Shown piece by piece: positions 51,936 through 64,000 of a DNA stretch of 64,000 bases (positions are counted from its first letter, which is position 1; the number at the start of each line of letters is the position of its first letter). The stretch comes from Octopus sinensis (lineage: Eukaryota). Below the pieces are notes generated by a model. It was not told the DNA's origin. It worked only from the letters and a program-made list of their open reading frames with translations, and did no database searches. Both the position numbers and the translations under genes were made by a program. Where the stretch lies: the NCBI RefSeq assembly GCF_006345805.1, contig NC_042997.1, positions 209,560,001-209,624,000 on the forward strand. Reading direction: 5' to 3'.

Positions 51936-53025
51936 GTGTTCCGCATGGCAATTATACATATGTGATTTGCACACACACACACACACAACTTGTGTTATAT
52001 AAAACACATTACACACACACACACACACTCATACAGATGGTAAGTGAATGTGTGTGTGTGTGTGTGTTAGTTTTATATTTGCTTGATCAATTATCGTGTG
52101 TGCGTGTGCGTACTTATGTGCATGCATGTATGTGTGTGACTGCACGTGTGTATGTGTGTGACTGCACGTGTGTATGTGAATGTGTGCGTGTCAACCCATT
52201 GCTGTTGATGGGAAATTTACCATTCCTTTTCTGGACAGTCCCTAATCATCTTTCTCTCCCTCTCTCCCACCCTGTTTCTCTCTCTCTCTCTCCATTGTAT
52301 CTTCTTCTGCCCCCTCCTCTTTTCTCTCCCTCTTCACCCTCTCACTCTCTCTCTCCCCCACTTGCTTATTCTCTTCACCCCCATCTCCCCCTCCATTCAA
52401 CCATCAATCACTCCAACTTTCTTTTCTTTCTGCTTTCTCTCTCTCTTTCTACTCTCTCCCCACTCATTCCACTTCCCTTCACCCTCCCCCCCTGCATCAT
52501 CCCCTTCACCCCTCCAAAACAGCTGACTGAAGTTGCAACTAATCTTGAGGAATCTATTTTCAGCCTCTGGTTAAATCTTTGAACCAAACATTGTCATTCT
52601 TCAACTCTCCTCGTTCCGTGGCTGCAACGGCAGAAACTTTCTCCTTTCCCATTTTCCCATTCTCTCTCTCTCTCTCTTTTTTTTTTTTGTTGTTGGCTTA
52701 TAGTTTGGCAACCGGAGTCTTTGACTAATGAATCTATATTGTAATGTCTCCAATGTTGGTCTTACTGCCAACAACAATAACACTTTGATAGGTCAGTGCT
52801 TGGTACCATTATCATGATGATGATGATGATGATGTAAGTGCAGTTAATTGCTGTTCATGAGTGTTGGTCTTGGTAACGATGACGACGATGAAATAGATTG
52901 GTAGAGATGAGGATAATGATAACAGAAGCTATAAAGTTAATTGGCATTTGGCTGAAGCTGGTGTCACATAACTGGCACTCATGCTGGTGGCACATAAAGA
53001 GCACCTTTCGAGTGTTGGGCTTCAC

Positions 53026-56000
53026 GGAGGAAAAGTGGCTGATGCCAGTGGCACATGAAAAGCTCCTTTTGAGTGTTGTGCCTCAAGGAGGAAAAGTGGC
53101 TGATGCCAGTGGCACATGAAAAGCTCCTTTTGAGTGTTGTGCCTCAAGGAGGAAAAGTGGCTGATGCCAGTGGCACATGAAAAGCTCCTTTTGAGTGTTG
53201 TGCCTCAAGGAGGAAAAGTGGCTGATGCCAGTGGCACATGAAAAGCTCCTTTTGATTGTTGTGCCTCAAGGAGGAAAAGTGGGCTGATGCAGTGGCACAT
53301 GAAAAGCTCCTTTTGATTGTTGTGCCTCAAGGAGGAAAAGTGGCTGATGCCAGTGGCACATGAAAAGCTCCTTTTGAGTGTTGTGCCTCAAGGAGGAAAA
53401 GTGGCTGATGCCAGTGGCACATGAAAAGCTCCTTTTGATTGTTGTGCCTCAAGGAGGAAAAGTGGCTGATGCCAGTGGACATGAAAAGCTCCTTTTGATT
53501 GTTGTGCCTCAAGGAGGAAAAGTGGCTGATGCCAGTGGCACATGAAAAGCTCCTTTTGAGTGTGGTGCCTCAAGGAGGAAAAGTGGCTGATGCCAGTGGC
53601 ACATGAAAAGCTCCTTTTGAGTGTTGTGCCTCAAGGAGGAAAAGTGGCTGATGCCAGTGGCACATATGAAAGCTCCTTTTGATTGTTGTGCCTCAAGGAG
53701 GAAAAGTGGCTGATGCCAGTGGCACATGAAAAGCTCCTTTTGAGTGTTGTTGTGCCTCAAGGAGGAAAAGTGGCTGATGCCAGTGGCACATGAAAAGCTC
53801 CTTTTGATTGTTGTGCCTCAAGGAGGAAAAGTGGCTGATGCCAGTGGCACATGAAAAGCTCCTTTTGATTGTTGTGCCTCAAGGAGGAAAAGTGGCTGAT
53901 GCCAGTGGCACATGAAAAGCTCCTTTTGAGTGTTGTGCCTCAGAGGAGGAAAAGTGGCTGATGCCAGTGGCTCATGAAAAGCTCCTTTTGATTGTTGTGC
54001 CTCAGGAGGAAAAGTGGCTGATGCCAGTGGCACATGAAAAGCTCCTTTTGATTGTTGTGCCTCAAGGAGGAAAAGTGGCTGATGCCAGTGGCAATGAAAA
54101 GCTCCTTTTGATTGTTGTGCCTCAAGGAGGAAAAAGTGGCTGATGCCAGTGGCACATGAAAAGCTCCTTTTGAGTGTTGTGCCTCAAGGAGGAAAAGTGG
54201 CTGATGCCAGTGGCACATGAAAAGCTCCTTTTGATTGTTGTGCCTCAAGGAGGAAAAGTGGCTGATGCCAGTGGCACATGAAAAGCTCCTTTTGATTGTT
54301 GTGCCTCAAGGAGGAAAAGTGGCTGATGCCAGTGGCACATGAAAAGCTCCTTTTGAGTGTTGTGCCTCAAGGAGGAAAAGTGGCTGATGCCAGTGGCACA
54401 TGAAAAGCTCCTTTTGATGTTGGTGGCCTCAAGGAGGAAAAGTGGCAGTTGAGCTGGTTTTGATAAAGCTGCTTCAGTGGCAAAGTGGCCCAAGCTCCAT
54501 TGGCACATGTGATCCCTTTGTGGTGTTGTGCCTCAAGGAGGAAAAGTGGCTGATGCCAGTGGCACATGAAAAGCTCCTTTTGATTGTTGTGCCTCAAGGA
54601 GGAAAAGTGGCTGATGCCAGTGGCACATGAAAAGCTCCTTTTGATTGTTGTGCCTCAAGGAGGAAAAGTGGCTGATGCCAGTGGCACATGAAAAGCTCCT
54701 TTGATTGTTGTGCCTCAAGGAGGAAAAGTGGGTGATGCCAGTGGCACATGAAAAGCTCCTTTTGATTTTTGTGCCTCAAGGAGGAAAAGTGGCTGATGCC
54801 AGTGGCAATGAAAAGCTCCTTTTGATTGTTGTGCCTCAAGGAGGAAAAGTGGCTGATGCCAGTGGCACATGAAAAGCTCCTTTTGAGTGTTGTGCCTCAA
54901 GGAGGAGGAAAAGTGGCTGATGCCAGTGGCACATGAAAAGCTCCTTTTGATTGTTGTGCCTCAAGGAGGAGGAAAAAGGCTGATGCCAGTGGCACATGAA
55001 AAGCTCCTTTTGATTGTTGTGCCTCAAGGAGGAAAAGTGGCTGATGCCAGTGGCACATGAAAAGCTCCTTTTGAGTGTTGTGCCTCAAGGAGGAAAAGTG
55101 GCTGATGCCAGTGGCACATGAAAAGCTCTTTTGAGTGTTGTGCCTCAAGGAGGAAAAGTGGCTGATGCCAGTGGCACATGAAAAGCTCCTTTTGATTGTT
55201 GTGCCTCAGGAGGAAAAGTGGCTGATGCCAGTGGCACATGAAAAGCTCCTTTTGATTGTTGTGCCTCAAGGAGGAAAAGTGGTGATGCCAGTGGCACATG
55301 AAAAGCTCCTTTTGAGTGTTGTGCCTCAAGGAGGAAAAGTGGCTGATGCCAGTGGCACATGAAAAGCTCCTTTTGATTGTTGTGCCTCAAGGAGGAAAAG
55401 TGGCTGATGCCAGTGGCACATGAAAAGCTCCTTTTGAGTGTTGTGCCTCAAGGAGGAAAAGTGGCTGATGCCAGTGGCACATGAAAAGCTCCTTTTGAGT
55501 GTTGTGCCTCAAGGAGGAAAAGTGGCTGATGCCAGTGGCACATGAAAAGCTCCTTTTGATTGTTGTGCCTCAAGGAGGAAAAGTGGCTGATGCCAGTGGC
55601 ACATGAAAAGCTCCTTTTGAGTGTTGTGCCTCAAGGAGGAAAAGTGGCTGATGCCAGTGGCACATGAAAAGCTCCTTTTGAGTGTTGTGCCTCAAGGAGG
55701 AAAAGTGGCTGATGCCAGTGGCACATGAAAAGCTCCTTTTGAGTGTTGTGCCTCAAGGAGGAAAAGTGGCTGATGCCAGTGGCACATGAAAAGCTCCTTT
55801 TTGGAGTGTTGTGCCTCAAGGAGGAAAAGTGGCTGATGCCAGTGGCACATGAAAAGCTCCTTTTGAGTGTTGTGCCTCAAGGAGGAAAAGTGTGGCTGAT
55901 GCCAGTGGCACATGAAAAGCTCCTTTTGATTGTTGTGCCTCAAGGAGGAAAAGTGGCTGATGCCAGTGGCACATGAAAAGCTCCTTTTGATTGTTGTGCC

Positions 56001-57214
56001 TCAAGGAGGAAAGTGGCTGATGCCAGTGGCACATGAAAAGCTCCTTTTGAGTGTTGTGCCTCAAGGAGGAAAAGTGGCTGATGCCAGTGGCACATGAAAA
56101 GCTCCTTTTGAGTGTTGTGCCTCAAGGAGGAAAAGTGGCTGATGCCGTGGCACATGAAAAGCTCCTTTTGATTGTTGTGCCTCAGGAAGGAAAAGTGGCT
56201 GATGCCAGTGGCACATGAAAAGCTCCTTTTGATTGTTGTGCCTCAAGGAGGAAAAGTGGCTGATGCCAGTGGCACATGAAAAGCTCCTTTTGATTGTTGT
56301 GCCTCAAGGAGGAAAAGTGGCTGATGCCAGTGGCACATGAAAAGCTCCTTTTGATTGTTGTGCCTCAAGGAGGAAAGTGGCTGATGCCAGTGGCACATGA
56401 AAAGCTCCTTTTGATTGTTGTGCCTCAAGGAGGAAAAGTGGCTGATGCCAGTGGCACATGAAAAGCTCCTTTTGATTGTTGTGCCTCAAGGAGGAAAAGT
56501 GGCTGATGCCAGTGGCACATGAAAAGCTCCTTTTGATTGTTGTGCCTCAAGGAGGAAAAGTGGCTGATGCCAGTGGCACATGAAAAGCTCCTTTTGATTG
56601 TTGTGCCTCAAGGAGGAAAAGTGGCTGATGCCAGTGGCACATGAAAAGCTCCTTTTGATTGTTGTGCCTCAAGGAGGAAAAGTGGCTGATGCCAGTGGCA
56701 CATGAAAATCCTTTTGATTGTTGTGCCTCAAGGAGGAAAAGGTGGCTGATGCCAGTGGCACATGAAAAGCTCCTTTTGATTGTTGTGCAAGGAGGAAAAG
56801 TGGCTGATGCCAGTGGCACATGAAAAGCTCCTTTTGATTGTTGTGCCTCAAGGAGGAAAAGTGGCTGATGCCAGTGGCACATGAAAAGCTCCTTTTGATT
56901 GTTGGCTCAAGGAGGAAAAGTGGCTGATGCCAGTGGCACATGAAAAGCTCCTTTTGATTGTTGTGCCTCAAGGAGGAAAAGTGGCTGATGCCAGTGGCAC
57001 ATGAAAAGCTCCTTTTGATTGTTGGGCCTCAAGGAGGAAAAGTGGCTGATGCCAGTGGCACATGAAAAGCTCCTTTTGATTGTTGTGCCTCAAGGAGGAA
57101 AAGTGGCTGATGCCAGTGGCACATGAAAAGCTCCTTTTGATTGTTGTGCCTCAAGGAGGAAAAGTGGCTGATGCCAGTGGCACATGAAAAGCTCCTTTTG
57201 ATTGTTGTGCCTCA
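53026..57214 (+). repeat. Tandem array of a 61-bp unit (~68 copies) inside an RTE-tail-derived element (~52960-57520)
   Basis: Unit ggaggaaaagtggctgatgccagtggcacatgaaaagctccttttga(g/t)tgttgtgcctcaa; the right flank continues into the RTE 3' UTR and (GAT)n tail. Confidence 0.95.
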
Positions 57215-58179
57215 GGGAAGCAATGAGCAAGATCTTTGGCATTATGTCATGCTTGAGAAGAAGACGCAGTAAGTCAAGTGAAATTGCAGCCATGATAGAT
57301 ACTGGTGTCATGCAAATGGCACAGGTGCCAGTGGCACATAAAAGCACCCATTACACTCTTGGAGTGGTTGGCATTAGGAAGGGCATCCAGCTGTAGAAAC
57401 TTTGCCAAATCAGATTGGAGTCTGGTCCAGCCTTCCAACTCACAAGTCCTGGTCAAATTTTCCAACCCATGCCAGCATGGACAACGGATGTTAAATGATG
57501 ATGAAGATGATGATGATGATGTGGTTGGTGGTAATGATGATCAATGATAGAAATGTAACAGTTAAATGGTATTGATGAGGAAATTAGTGGTGATGCTGAT
57601 GATGATGGAGTGGTATTTATGATGGTGATGGTGATGGTGATATAGGCAATACCATTAGTTGATGGTGATGATGGTAATGATGGTGGCACAAACAGTACTG
57701 TTGGTGTTGACGGGGATGGTGATGATGATAAATACAGTGGTAGATTGGCTTTGAGAATGATGATGATGATGATGATGATGATAACGGTTGTGATGATGAC
57801 AGCGATTGCAGCAGTGATGATGACAATGATAAAAGTAGCATTGAATTGGTCCCAAGAGAGCAATGCATTCAACGCAGAACCATTTTCTAAATGGAATGTA
57901 AATTTTTATTCTTCCAAACCTGCCTCCAAGACTCCATCCTGATGGCCAAGTTCTTTCACCCCAGAAGTTTTGAATCTCAAGAGAATTTTGGACGTGAGCC
58001 ATTCTACCATTTCCAACTTGTAATTTCGAACTTCTGCTGCGGGTAACAACAGCAACAATAACACAGTCATAGTGGCTGTGGTGATGGTGGTGATGATGAT
58101 GATGATGATAGCAAATCATGATGATGATGATGATAACTGCTTCAGTAAATTAATGGCGACAATAGCGATGGTAATACAC

Positions 58180-59075
58180 TTCTATATTTAAGAGATGAGG
58201 AATTATGTACATTATTTACATTTGACGGATATTTGTCCTCATCTTGTTTGTTGTTAACACATTTCAGCTGATATACCCTCCAGCCTTCATCAGGTGTCTT
58301 GGGGAAATTTCGAATCTGGGTATTTTTCGATGTTGTTGTTATTATTATCATTATTATTGCCTTTGCACAGCTTCTATCGCCGGAGATGTACTAAAGTAAC
58401 ACCTCTTATTTTTCGAACAACTTCCAGAGTATTCGAGCGGTTCCAAGCAGTGCTGTTTTCTGCAAGTGCTCCACTCTTATTGCAGCCCCTATTTGTCCCA
58501 CGTACTTCATGAGATTTTTGCTCACTGTTCCCAGGGCTCCAACAATTATTGGTACTACTGCTACCTTTTTCATTGACCACAACCGCTTAACTTCCCAAGC
58601 TAACCTGTCATATCTCTCGACTTTTCTTTCTTCCTTATCGCATACCTTGTTGTCAGCTGGGCATGCTATATCTATGATCCAGCATAGTTTGTTTTCTTTC
58701 TCAATTAAGACTATGTCTGGCTTCCTATTCTCTATCTCATAGTCGCACTGAATCATAAAATCCCCTAGGATCTTTGCATTTCTATTTTCGACGATGCCTT
58801 CAGGTTTGTGGTTGTACCAATTTTTACCTTTGTCAAGTCCATACTTGTTGCAATATTATTATTATTATTCAGGTCACTGCTTGGAATCAAACTCGGAATC
58901 TTGGGGTTAGTAGCCTACGCTCTTAACCACTATGCTATATGCCTATGGAATGAGAGCCCAGGTTTGAAATTTCCCCAAGACACCTGATGAAGGCTGGAGG
59001 GTATATCAGCCGAAATGTTGTGTTAACAGCAAACAAGATGAGGACAAATATCCGTAAAATGTAAATAACGTAAAT
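58180..59075 (-). mobile_element. Second composite tRNA-head/(AAT)n/hammerhead element with inverted partial copy, interrupted by an R4/Dong fragment
   Basis: Hammerhead module 58180-58340 (-); tRNA head 58868-58943 (-); inverted hammerhead module 58946-59075 (+). Confidence 0.75.
58350..58853 (-). mobile_element. R4/Dong-clade LINE 3' fragment (restriction-like endonuclease)
   Basis: WYNHKPEGIVEN...KILGDFMIQCD...RKPDIV...IIDIACP...KVERY...VVPIIVGALG...LQKTALLGTARIL, a PD-(D/E)XK-type RLE; (AAT)n on both sides. Confidence 0.9.
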
Positions 59076-59694
59076 TGCAATGGTGTCGGATTCTAATCTC
59101 TCCCCCTACCTTTATCCTTTGCCACTTTCCCTCCCTCTCTTTCTCTCTGCCTCCTTGTTCCCCCCTCTCTCTCTTACCTCCACCCCACACCACCATCCCC
59201 CCTGCCACTTCTGAAGTAATAGGTTAGTTCTCTCCTGTTGAAGACACTGAATTCTTGTGACAGAAACCTGGCAGAGTCCCACTGAAGTAAGCAACTCACA
59301 GACAGACAACTCTTATTGTTTGAGAGTGTGGTTCCCTTCTCCCACCCCCACACAGTGTGTGTGTGGGGGGGGGTGCGGATGTGGAATTGATAATAATTGC
59401 CCCCTTCCTCCCCCCCCCCCACCGCCATCCAACCAGTTTATTCTTTAACTATTGGATGGCTTCTCTCAAGCGAACAATTGATCTGTAAACCACTGAAATA
59501 GTTCTTTTTTCTTTTTCCCCTGCTTCCTATCAGATGTTTGCTGTGTCTTTGTTCATTGGAATCTTCTTCATGCTGCTGTTGTGGTTGTGGTTGTTGTTGT
59601 TGTTCTGCCATTTGATTAACTGAAATTGGTTATTCCTGAAGCAGGCAATCAGACAATAAAGAGCGGGAGGGGTGGGCATGGAAGACCAATAAAG

Positions 59695-60260
59695 CATCAT
59701 AGCTATAGCATCATCATCATCATCTATATCACCACTATCATTATCATCATAGTCATTACTGTCTTCATTGTCATCACCGTCATCATTGTCATCACCATCA
59801 TCACTGTCATTGTCATCACCGTCATCATTCTCATCACCGTCATCACTGTCTTCATTGTCATCACCGTCATCATTGTCATCACCATCATCACTGTCATTGT
59901 CATCACCGTCATCATTCTCATCACCGTCATCACTGTCATCATAGTCATCACTGTCATCATTCTCATCACAGTCATCACTGTCATCATAGTCATCACTGTC
60001 ATCATTCTCATCACCGTCATCATTCTTATCATCGTCATCACTGTTATCATAATCATCACTGTCATTGTCATCACCGTCATTGTCATTACCGACATTGTCA
60101 TCACTGTCATCATTCTCATCACCGTCATCATTCTTATCATCGTCATCACTCATCATAGTCATCACTGTCATTGTCATCACCAACATTGTCATCACCGTCA
60201 TCTCCATCATCATTGCCATCGCCAACACCATCCTCATCATCACTATTATCATTGTTATCA
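59695..60260. repeat. (CAT)n-derived repeat with higher-order duplications
   Basis: 9/18-bp periodicity and duplicated blocks of about 87 bp. Confidence 0.9.
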
Positions 60261-60301
60261 TGATTAATCCAAGCAATTTGTTTATTTCTATACAAAAGCT
60301 C

Positions 60302-60337
<36 letters not shown>

Positions 60338-61629
60338 ATGCACACGTGCTTGTAGAGTTGACACATTCCATCCAGTCCATCTTTTGTGTGTTGGCATCTT
60401 TTATTTATTTATAGAACTAGCTTCTTGTTTCCTCTTTGAGTAGTTTTGCGGAGGTGGTACTTGTCTGTTTACTTAACATTTAAAACCATCGTTCTGCCTA
60501 CTCAGTCCAGGTGAATTTCATGCTTTGTCAACAAGCACAAATTCCATTATCCTCGCATACTTGTTCAATTTGGAAGTGGTTGTAGAATTTTACTGCAAAT
60601 TCCTTTTCTGCCTTCTCATTCTTGTGACATAAATAGATGAATCCATATAAGATTGGAGGAATCTTGCTTTGGTTTTCGCAATGAATTTTCTAATCGTTCA
60701 ATCAATAGAATTAACTGTATATTGAATTGTAATTGAATGTAAGCGGCTGAGTATTTTATGGACATTTACACTCTTTACCCTTTTACTACCAACCCACCTG
60801 AGATGGATTCTTGTTTCCATAAGTTTTGAATTAAAATCCTCCACCAAACTTTAGTCACAATTTATGTTCCTAACATTAGCTTAAGTTATTTTACTAAATT
60901 CTTTGTTATATTTATAATTAATTGAAATAAACAACATCTCAATTGAAATATGGTGACAAAAATCCACTCACAAGGCCTTGGTCAGCCCAAGGCTACATAG
61001 CAGAAAATACTTGCCCAAGGTGCTATGCAGTGGGATTGAACCTGCAACCATGGCATTGAAAGTAAACTTCTTACTACACAGCTATCGACTTTAATTTAAA
61101 ATTCAAACTGCTATTCCTGCCAAGATTCATCTCGAAATGATTCCCTCCCTTGCAATAACTAGCCACTAGGTGACACCACATGTTCAATGAATCCTTGTTC
61201 TCTACACCATTAGAAATCCCTTTGGTTCCTTCAAATAAAATCATTCAAACTAGCATCGAACCACCCTGCCATTTCTTGTCACTTCATTATTCTCAAAGAT
61301 ATTTCTGTATTCTCTTGCAGAAAAAGTCCAGGATTTTGGACGTTTTCTTATGGCTTGTGCTGAAAGAAGCTCGAGGTAAAGAGGACTACTCGGAACCAGG
61401 GTAAGGAAGATTTTGTATTCCGTTTCTTCTCTTTCAGCTGTTCCTTCATTGCTTCCTGTTGTTGTGATGGGATTGATTTGTATTGGATTCTAGCAGTATT
61501 CTAGGTGCAACCAGTCTGTCTTTATTGCTTGGAATTCTCTCCTCAGATTTAGGACTTTCTTTTGAAGAAACTTTCACACCAACTCAACTCCAAGTTCTTC
61601 TTGTTTTAGAAACAATCCTTCTCTATATT

Positions 61630-62223
61630 CTTTTTTTTTTCTACACTAAGTACAAGGCTTGAAATTTTTTAAGAGTGGGGTACAGTCGATTAGATTGACC
61701 CCAGAATGAAAAGCAAAGTTGACCTCAGTGGAATTTGAACCCAGAATGTAAAAACAGATGAAATACCGCTAAACATTTCATCCAGCTTACTAATGACTCT
61801 TCCAGCTCACCGCCTTATAATTATTCTTTTCTACTCTAGGCACAAGGCCTGAAATTTTGGGGGAGGTGGGCCAGTCGATTAGATTGACCCCAGTATACAA
61901 CTGGTACTTAATTTATTGACCCCGAAAGGATGAAAGGCTAAGTTACCCTTGACGGAATTTGAACTCGGAACGTAAAAACATGAAATACTTATTTCTTTAC
62001 TACCCATAAGGGGCTAAACACAGAGGGGACAAACAAGGACAGACAAACGGATTAAGTCGATAACATCGGCCCCAGTGCGTAACTGGTACTTAATTTATCA
62101 AGCCCGAAAGGACGAAAGGCAAAGTCAACCTTGGCGGAATTTGAACTCAGAAAATAACAGCAGATGAAATACCGCTAAGCATCTCGCCCAGCGTGCTAAC
62201 GTTTCTGCCACCTCGCCGCCTTT
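61630..62223 (-). mobile_element. SINE family M multimer (three or more units)
   Basis: 15-bp TSD atccttctct(a/g)tatt at 61615-61629 and 62224-62238. Confidence 0.85.
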
Positions 62224-63219
62224 ATCCTTCTCTGTATTAGCAGAAAGACTGTCATCAGTGCAGCATTCTGCTTGTCACTCAGTAATATTTACACATTTAA
62301 TTCCCAATCCATGAATTTTCCTGATACTGGAATCAACATCATTTGGCTGACACTGGATTGAATTTATAATTTGGAGGAAAGTTTTTACTGATATATCTGT
62401 AGAAAGGAGCAGTGCAAATATTTAGGTAACCTTCCAGAAGAAGAATAAGCAGAGATGTTAGAAAATGCAAGAGGGTCTGCATGCTCTGCAGATCTTGAAG
62501 AGAGGGAATGTTATTGTCAAGGTCCTTTCATTGCTATTCACAACCTCATCAAGCAAGCAACCAACCAACTGGTTGTTTAACCAAAACATTAAACAGATGA
62601 TTGATTAGTTAATTGGTTAGATATTTATCTGATTGACTGACAATAAAGAAGTGATATTGAACCAGTGTGTGTGTGTTTGTTATTATTGGTATAATGACCT
62701 TCCCAAGATTTAAAAAAAAAAAGCACTGAAAGTCTGATAATAAAAGATGTGTTGGTTAGATAATATAAAACCTGCGGTTTCTAAATGAGAAGATATGAGA
62801 ATTCAAGAGGTGTTAATGACATTAATGAATTGAGTCTTATTGGAAGCTGGTCATAATTTTGGTTTATCAAGAAGATAACAACTCCTGCTGTTGATACCAG
62901 CCATGAACACACCTGTACAAGGTGATGAGTAAATCTCTGTTGAACTGAAGGCAGCAGACTTAGTCTGATAAATCCTACCATTTCAATGTGATTCAGATGG
63001 CATTGAAAGTATTAATCTTTATGATTGAAAGCTTAGAAACTGTAATAAACATCTCTCATAAACAAGTTAATAAGTCAGTCAGTTATGTATTACTGCCTCT
63101 GCTCTCGTGTCTAGGACAGAACTAGTACGATCAATTAGTCTGTTGTTTTTAATATTTAATTTTACAAATACAAAGATATTTATCTCATATGTATGCACAT
63201 ATATATATATACATACATA

Positions 63220-63320
63220 TATTCTGGTGTGTCTGGGGAGAGTCATTCTCTTTTAGTGCCTTATTATTTAACACACTTGCCGGTAAAATTTCCACTTATT
63301 TCTTATTTTTATTTTCTAAA

Positions 63321-63354
<34 letters not shown>

Positions 63355-63470
63355 TCTGTTGTGTCTGGGGAGAGTCACTAAAAGAGAATGACTCTCCCCA
63401 GACACAACAGAATATGCTTCAACACACGAACTCACATAAAGAATCTTGCAAACCAAATCCAAAAACGAAA
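63220..63470. mobile_element. Fold-back repeat family copy with a perfect 27-bp-arm hairpin (63351-63415)
   Basis: Homologous to 38023-38262. Confidence 0.7.
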
Positions 63471-63497
63471 TATTTATATATTAAATGATATATAGCA

Positions 63498-63870
63498 TAT
63501 CATCATCATTTAATGTCTGTTTTCCATGCTAGCATGGGTTGGACGGTTCGACTGGGGTATGGGAAGCCAGGAGGCTGCACCAGGCTCCAGTCTGATCTAG
63601 CAGTGTTTCTACAGCTGGATGCCCCTTCCTAACACCAACCACTCTGAGAGTGTAGTGGGTGCATGGGACAGAGGGGGCTGGCATCGATCACGATCGGATG
63701 GAGTTTTTTACATGCCACTGGCATGGAAGCCAGTCAAGGCGGTGCTAGCATCGGCCACATTCGGATGGTGCTTTTTACGTCTCACTGGCACAGGGACCAG
63801 AGGGGGCTGACATCGACCACGACTGGATGGTGTCTTTTAGGTGCCAGTCAGAGCGAGAGGCTGGCATCTA
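63498..63870 (-). mobile_element. RTE 3' UTR fragment
   Basis: Matches 34346-34640 and 13440-13740. Confidence 0.8.
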
Positions 63871-63874
63871 ATGG

Positions 63875-64000
63875 ACACAGTGATAGTTGTGTGGTAAAAA
63901 GTTTGGTTTCTTATCACATGACTCTGTTCAGTACTACTGTGTGGCACCTTGGTCAAGTATTTTCTGCTATAGCCTCGGACCAACCAAAGCCTTGTGAGTG
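63875..64000 (+). mobile_element. SINE family C head, truncated by the window end
   Basis: tggcaccttggtcaagt...ccaaagccttgtgagtg. Confidence 0.7.

Noticed and set aside
52037-52045. ATG|GTAAGT micro-exon
   Set aside because: Lies between (CA)n and (GT)n tracts with no supporting context; likely chance
53038-53070. Hammerhead in each 61-bp unit (CTGATG...GAAA)
   Set aside because: The core lacks A9 (CTGATGC), stem II does not abut GAAA, and there are no consistent stems I and III
53026-57214. CRISPR array or repeat-protein gene
   Set aside because: Units are contiguous with no unique spacers, there are no cas genes and the context is eukaryotic; the 61-bp period cycles through frames and hits stops
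59530-60366. Asp-rich biomineralisation-like protein (also 47724-48284)
   Set aside because: (GAT)n-derived repeat that is open in several frames, with no signal peptide or credible gene structure

Overview
Eukaryotic, AT-rich, repeat-dominated animal DNA. The SINE/LINE repertoire and microsatellite load resemble an octopus-type cephalopod genome (inference from pattern recall, not a database search). No complete host gene is visible. A candidate short first coding exon lies at 4028-4090 (+), and the rest behaves like a large intron or intergenic region. Contents: a 5'-truncated RTE-clade LINE with an open ORF (APE-RT-PHD-like, 14040-16979, -); remnants of other RTE, R4/Dong, mariner and hAT elements; piggyBac-type and hAT MITEs; a Helentron-type element; three abundant tRNA-derived SINE families; long fold-back palindromes; many microsatellites; and a ~4.2 kb array of a 61-bp unit grown inside an RTE tail. 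The most interesting signal is RNA-level: type I hammerhead ribozyme motifs. One sits in a composite tRNA-head/(AAT)n/hammerhead element found twice with the same Penelope-like inverted arrangement (19.4-19.8 kb and 58.2-59.1 kb). A second, unrelated hammerhead lies at 12995-13078. Most ORFs in the supplied track are microsatellite or repeat artefacts.
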